From the NCBI RefSeq assembly GCF_009914755.1, contig NC_060926.1: a DNA stretch of 64,000 bases. One strand, 5' to 3'. The position numbers were made by a program, and so were the translations under genes. The stretch is from the human T2T-CHM13v2.0 reference genome, Homo sapiens. Position 1 is the stretch's first letter, and every line of letters begins with the position of its first letter. Positions 59,040 through 64,000 of this stretch are shown here, one piece after another. Under the pieces are notes generated by a model. It did not search any database and had not been told where the DNA came from. It saw only the letters and a list, made by a program, of their open reading frames with translations.

Positions 59040-60404
59040 ATTGACTTAAAAGAATTATAGTATTTTCTAAGTGCCATTTCACCCACAATATTATTTTATT
59101 CTATGTTTTCCTGGGAGGCAATGAATGCATGCTACTGAAAATCAGCTTCTTTAACCAAACAAATTAGAGTCAAGTTTTTACTCTATGTGACTCTGACAAA
59201 GTTAATAACTTCTATGAACTTGAGGTTCTTCATACATTTCTTATATCAACTTTACAAGGTTGAAGATTACATGAAGCCAAATGAGTGGGACAGAGTAAAC
59301 ACCAATTCAGAACTAATTTTTATTCCATTCCTATACAATCACGTAGGAAAAGACTAGCAAAAGTTCCATGGCCTTAATGGATTTAGTGCAAAGTGTCCTT
59401 ATTTTTTTTTAACCCATCATGATCTCTCTGGCCTCACTTTTTCCTGGGCTATTTGGCTAATTCTGCTGGTGCTTCCAAGTTCAAACTCCTGAAACAGAAA
59501 ATCAGGTTTATGCAGCTCATGTTTGTGAATGAGGTCACTGCACAAAGATTCACCTCCAGACCATGGACTCACTGGTCTTGGGTCAAATAACTACCCTGGC
59601 TCACATATTCACTTCAGTGTTATTTGAGTGGGAAGGGAGGAAGTGTCAAGTGGTAAGAAGCATGGACACCCAGCACAAGGTTTCAATGGAGTCTGTGGGC
59701 AGAAGTGTTGTCACAAGGGATTTCGGGTAGGCACAATGATTGGAGTCGCTGATAAAGTGTGGCACACAGAAGGCCCGCATGGAATGTTTACTAATAAACG
59801 AAGTTCTACTTCCTGATTTACTGTGGAATCATTTATGTCCCAAGCATTTCTTCCAAATGTAGTTGTAGATATTTAGCTTCTCTGCACAAGATGGGACCAT
59901 GGCAAGTGTCTCCTACTCTGCCTTGTAAGAGTCACAGATCTCACTATGCATCTGGCATTCAATGTCATCCTCTCTTTTGGCAGGTACCTTTCTGAGTAGG
60001 TATGGCCTCTCATGGTCTTGACAGTGGAAAGGGGATTGTGAAGGAATGTAAAGAATTTATATTCACAAGCAATTAACTCAGAAAGTTTTTCTTTTCCTTT
60101 GACCTAGACTTTACCATGGGGCTCAATCGTGGTCAAGGCAGGAGTCTTCATGCACCCTAGCTCCTGTTTAGTAAGTAGGGGGATAATAACAGGCTGATGT
60201 CCTCAGTGTTTCTTCACTGTCTTCTACTTTGTCTTCCTTTAAATCTCTGTCAGAATTGCTATTTTTTTTGCATATGGTCTCCTATTTGTCCTGGTTTGCC
60301 CAGGAAATATCTCAGTCCTGAGCACACTGGGATCATTTTTACCCTACCTATCTCCCGTCTCACACTTCCTGGAGTCACAGCCCACTTCATTCCACACCTG
60401 CTGC

Positions 60405-62200
60405 TCTTGTTTATCCATCTACCAGTTGATAGACATGTGGGTTGTTTTCACTTTTGACTATTATGAATAATGCTGCTATAAATATTTGTGTACAAGTGTT
60501 TGTTTGTACATAATATTTCAGTTCTCTTGAGCATACAGCTAGGAGTGAAATTGCTTGGTCATATGGTAATTCGATGTTTAAAATTTTGAGAAACTGCCAA
60601 ACTGTTTTCCACTGAAGGTGCAAAATTTTGTATCCCTACCGGCAATATATGAGGATTTTAATTTTTACAAATCTATGTCAACCCATTATTTTCTGTTTAA
60701 TATTATTATTGTTATTCTTAAAGCCTTTCTTGTATGTGTAAAGTGGTGTCTTCTTGTGGTTTTTGTTTGCATTTCCCTAATGACTAACAATGTTGAACAT
60801 CTTTTCAAGTGCTTATTCACAATTTGTATGTTTTTCTTTACAGAAACTTCTATTCAGGTCCCTTGCTCATTTTTAATTGGGTAATTTGTCTTCTTATTAC
60901 TGCATAATAGTAAGAGTTCCTTATGGATTCTAGGTACAAGCCCTTTTGCAACTACTATTTTCTATTCTGTGAGTGATCTTTCACTTTATTCATAGTGTTC
61001 TTTTACGAATAAAACTTTTTAATTTTTATGGAGTTCAATTATCTATGCTTTCTTTTTCACATATGCTTTTGTTGTTGTATCTAAGAAGATTTTGCCTAAC
61101 CCAAGTTCATAAACATTTACTTCTATATTTTCTACTAGGTATTTATAGTTTTATTTCTTGTATTGAGGTCTACAATCTTTTTGGAGAGGGAGAGAGAATG
61201 TCCATACAATATAAGACAGGAGCCCAAATTCATTTTTATATGTGAATATACATTTATCCAAGTACAATTTGTTGAAGAGACTATTGTTTCCCTACTGAAT
61301 TATCTTGGCATATTTATCAAAAATCAATTGACTATAGTTAAGTATTTATTTCTGAATCCTCAATTCTATCCTATTGATCAATGTCTCTTTTCTTATGCCA
61401 TTAACACATTGCTTGATTACTGTAGCTTTCAAGCAAGTCTGAAAATTAGGAAGTGTAAGTCCTACAACTTCTTTTTCAAGACTGTATTGCTTATTTTGGT
61501 TTGTTTGCTTCTCTGTATTAATTTCAAAGCAAGCTTGTTGATTTCACCAAAGAAAAAGACATTCAGAGTTTTGATAGAGATTGCATTGAATCTAAAGATT
61601 AATGTATTAGTCTGTTCTCACACTGCTATAAAGATACTGCCCAAAACTGGGTAATTTATAAAGAAAAGAGGTTTAACTCTTTTTTGACTCACAGTTCCAC
61701 ATGGTTGGGGAGTCCTTAGGCAATGTACAATCATGGTGGAAGGTGAAGGAGAAGCAAGGACCTTCCTCACATGGCAGCAGGAGAAGGAAGTGCAAGCAGG
61801 GAAAATGCCAGATGCTTATAAAACCATCAGATCTTGTGAGAACTCACTCATTATCAAGAGAACAGCATGGGGGAAACCTCCCCCATGATGCAATCACCTC
61901 CTAACAGGTCTCTCCCTAAACACTTAAGGGTTACAATTCAGGATGAGATTTAGGAGGGGACACAAAGCCTAACCATATCAATCAATTCGGGCATATTGCC
62001 TTCTTAAAAACATTATGTCTGAAATCCATGACCATGGTGTCTTTACATTTATTCTGGCATTTTAAAATTGCTTTTAACATTGGTTTATAGTTTTCAGTGT
62101 ACAAAGCTTGCACTTCTTTTGTTAAGTTTGTTCCTAAGTGTTTTATTACATCTGATGATGATTTTACATTGTAAAGGAAATTGCTTTCTTAATTTCATCT
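60405..62200 (-). mobile_element. Old L1M (MB-type) ORF2/3' fragment split by THE1
   Basis: WKTVWQFLKILNIELPYDQAISLL (60411-60623); gttttgatagagattgcattgaatct before the LTR. Confidence 0.8.
61603..61980 (-). mobile_element. THE1 (C/D-like) solo LTR
   Basis: tgtattagtctgttctcacactgctataaagatactgccc...ggggacacaaagcctaaccatatca; TSD attaa / atcaa. Confidence 0.92.
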
Positions 62201-62251
62201 TTTAAGAGACTTGATTTCTTAAAGCAGTTTTAGGTTTACAGCAAAATTGAG

Positions 62252-62532
62252 TCACGCCTGTAATCCCAGCACTTTGGGAGGCCGAGGCGGGCGGATCACG
62301 AGGTCAGGAGATCGAGACCATCCTGGCTAACACGGTGAAACCCCGTCTCTACTAAAAATACAAAAAATTAGCCGGGCGAGGTGGCGGGCGCCTGTAGTCC
62401 CAGCTACTCGGGAGGCTGAGGCAGGAGAATGGCGTGAACCCCAGGGGGCGGAGCCTGCAGTAAGCCGAGATTGCGCCACTGCACTCCAGCCTGGGCGACA
62501 GCGAGACTCCGTCTCAAAAAAAAAAAAAAAAA
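62252..62532 (+). mobile_element. Young AluY, AluYe5-type, about 17 nt 5'-truncated
   Basis: Y diagnostics (gagatcgagaccatcctggctaacacgg) plus Ye-type gggcgAggtgg, gaaccccagggggcggagcCtgcag, gcgacagcgagac; TSD aaaattgag (62243-62251 / 62533-62541); pure A-tail. Confidence 0.95.
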
Positions 62533-63495
62533 AAAATTGAGAGGAAGGTGCAGAAATTTCCCATATACTTCCATTCCCACATATACATAGCCTTCTCCAT
62601 CATCCACATTCCCTACCAGAATGGTACATTTGTTGCAAACAATGAACCCACGCTGACACATCATAATAACCCAAAGCCCATACTTTACATTAGGATTCAT
62701 TCTTGGTGTTATACATTCTGTAGGTTTGGACAAATGTGTAATTATATGTATCCGTCGTTATCATATCACACAGAGTATTTTCACTGGCCTAAAAATCCTC
62801 TGTGCTCAACCTATTCATGCCTCCTGCAACACTTGACAACTCTGGATCTTTTTACTATATCCATAGTTTTGCCTTTTCCAGAATGTCATCTATTTGGAAT
62901 CATATAGTATGTACCCTTTTGACATTGGCCTTTTCACTTAATAATACAAATGTATTTTAGGCTCTCTCATGTATTTTCATGGCTTGAGAGCTCATTTTCT
63001 TTCGCACTGAACAATATCCCATTGTCTTGATGTACCGCACTTTATTTATTTATTCACCTACTGAAGGAAATCTTGGTTGCTTCAAAGCTTTTCCAATTAT
63101 CAATTAAGTTGCTGTAAACACCTGTGTGTAGATTTTTGTGTGAACATAAGCTTTCAACTCCTTTAGGTAAATACCAAGAAGAGGGATTGCTGGATTTTAT
63201 GGTAAGGGCATAATTAGTTTTATAAGAAAACTGCCCAACTGTCCTCCAAAGTGGTTGTAGCATTTTCCATTCTCACCAGCAATCAGTGAGAGCTCCTGTT
63301 GCTCCACATCCTTGCTGAAGTTTGGTGTAGCCAGTGCTCTGGATTTTGGCCAATCTAAAATGTGTGTAGTGATATCTCATTGTTGTTTTAATTTGCATTT
63401 CCCTGATGACATATAAGCTGAAGCATCTTTTCATATGCTTATTCGTCACCTATGTATCTTCTTTGGTGAGGTGTCTGTTAAGGTCTTTGACCCAT

Positions 63496-63612
63496 TTTTT
63501 ATTGACACATAATAATTGTATAAACATATGAGGTTATGTGATATTTGATAAATGCATATTATGTGTAATAATTAAATCAGAGTATTTGTAATATCCATCA
63601 CCTCATTTATCA
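63496..63612 (-). mobile_element. About 115-bp L1MA-type extreme 3' end inserted into L1MC
   Basis: ttttattgacacataataattgtata...atatccatcacctca; TSD gacccat(t/g)tttt (63489 / 63613). Confidence 0.7.
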
Positions 63613-64000
63613 GACCCATGTTTTAATCAAGTTGTTTGTTTCTTATTGTTGACTTCTAAGAGTTCATTGCATATTCTGAATGACAGTTCTTTAACAGATG
63701 TGTCTTTCACAAGTATTTTCTCAGTCTGTGGCTTCTCTTCTCATTCTATTGACATTGTCTGCCAGATAGGAGCAGCTTTTCATTTTAATTAAGTTCAGCA
63801 TCTGTTATTTATTTCATAGATTATACCTTTGGTCTTGTATCTAAAAAGGTATCACCATAACCAAGGTCATCTATATTTTCCCCTACGTTACTTCTAAGAA
63901 TTTTATAGTTTTGATTGATACTATGATCAATACTGTGATCAATACTATGATCAATTTTGAGGTAATTTTTGGGAAGGGTATAAGGTCTGTGTCTAGATTT

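Larger units (their letters stand above)
62200..64000 (-). mobile_element. L1MC1/MC2-like 3' end, running off the window
   Basis: agcagttttaggtttacagcaaaattgag...aggtgcagaaatttcccatata...agaatggtacatttgtt. Confidence 0.85.

Noticed and set aside
61163-61654. 163-aa ORF
   Set aside because: Antisense read-through of L1 into a THE1 LTR
62252-62515. CpG-rich patch as a CpG island or promoter
   Set aside because: Fully explained by a young AluY

Overview
This window is AT-rich primate genomic DNA, most likely human or great ape, since it carries AluJ, AluS and an AluYe5-type AluY. I found no supportable protein-coding gene, RNA gene, CpG island or CRISPR array, and no new multi-gene system. The ORF track consists of Alu, L1, Tigger1 and LTR remnants plus chance ORFs. 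The window is intergenic or deep-intronic and dominated by nested transposable elements: about 16 Alus, several mostly minus-strand L1s, L2 and MIR fragments, and MaLR/ERVL LTRs. It also holds a near-full-length Tigger1, hAT MITEs and a piggyBac MER85. The best second-look items are: (1) a MER85 retaining the CSB-PGBD3-binding palindrome, close to an AP-1-containing unique island; (2) a perfect AGAACAnnnTGTTCT steroid response element inside a 21-bp palindrome, with a second related hairpin nearby; (3) a three-deep MaLR LTR nest with a chimeric LTR and a consensus DUX4 site; (4) two twin-primed L1 inversions; (5) several templated inverted-insertion scars; (6) a very young AluYe5-like insertion. 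Repeat subfamily names come from recalled consensus sequences rather than a search, and boundaries of old elements are approximate.
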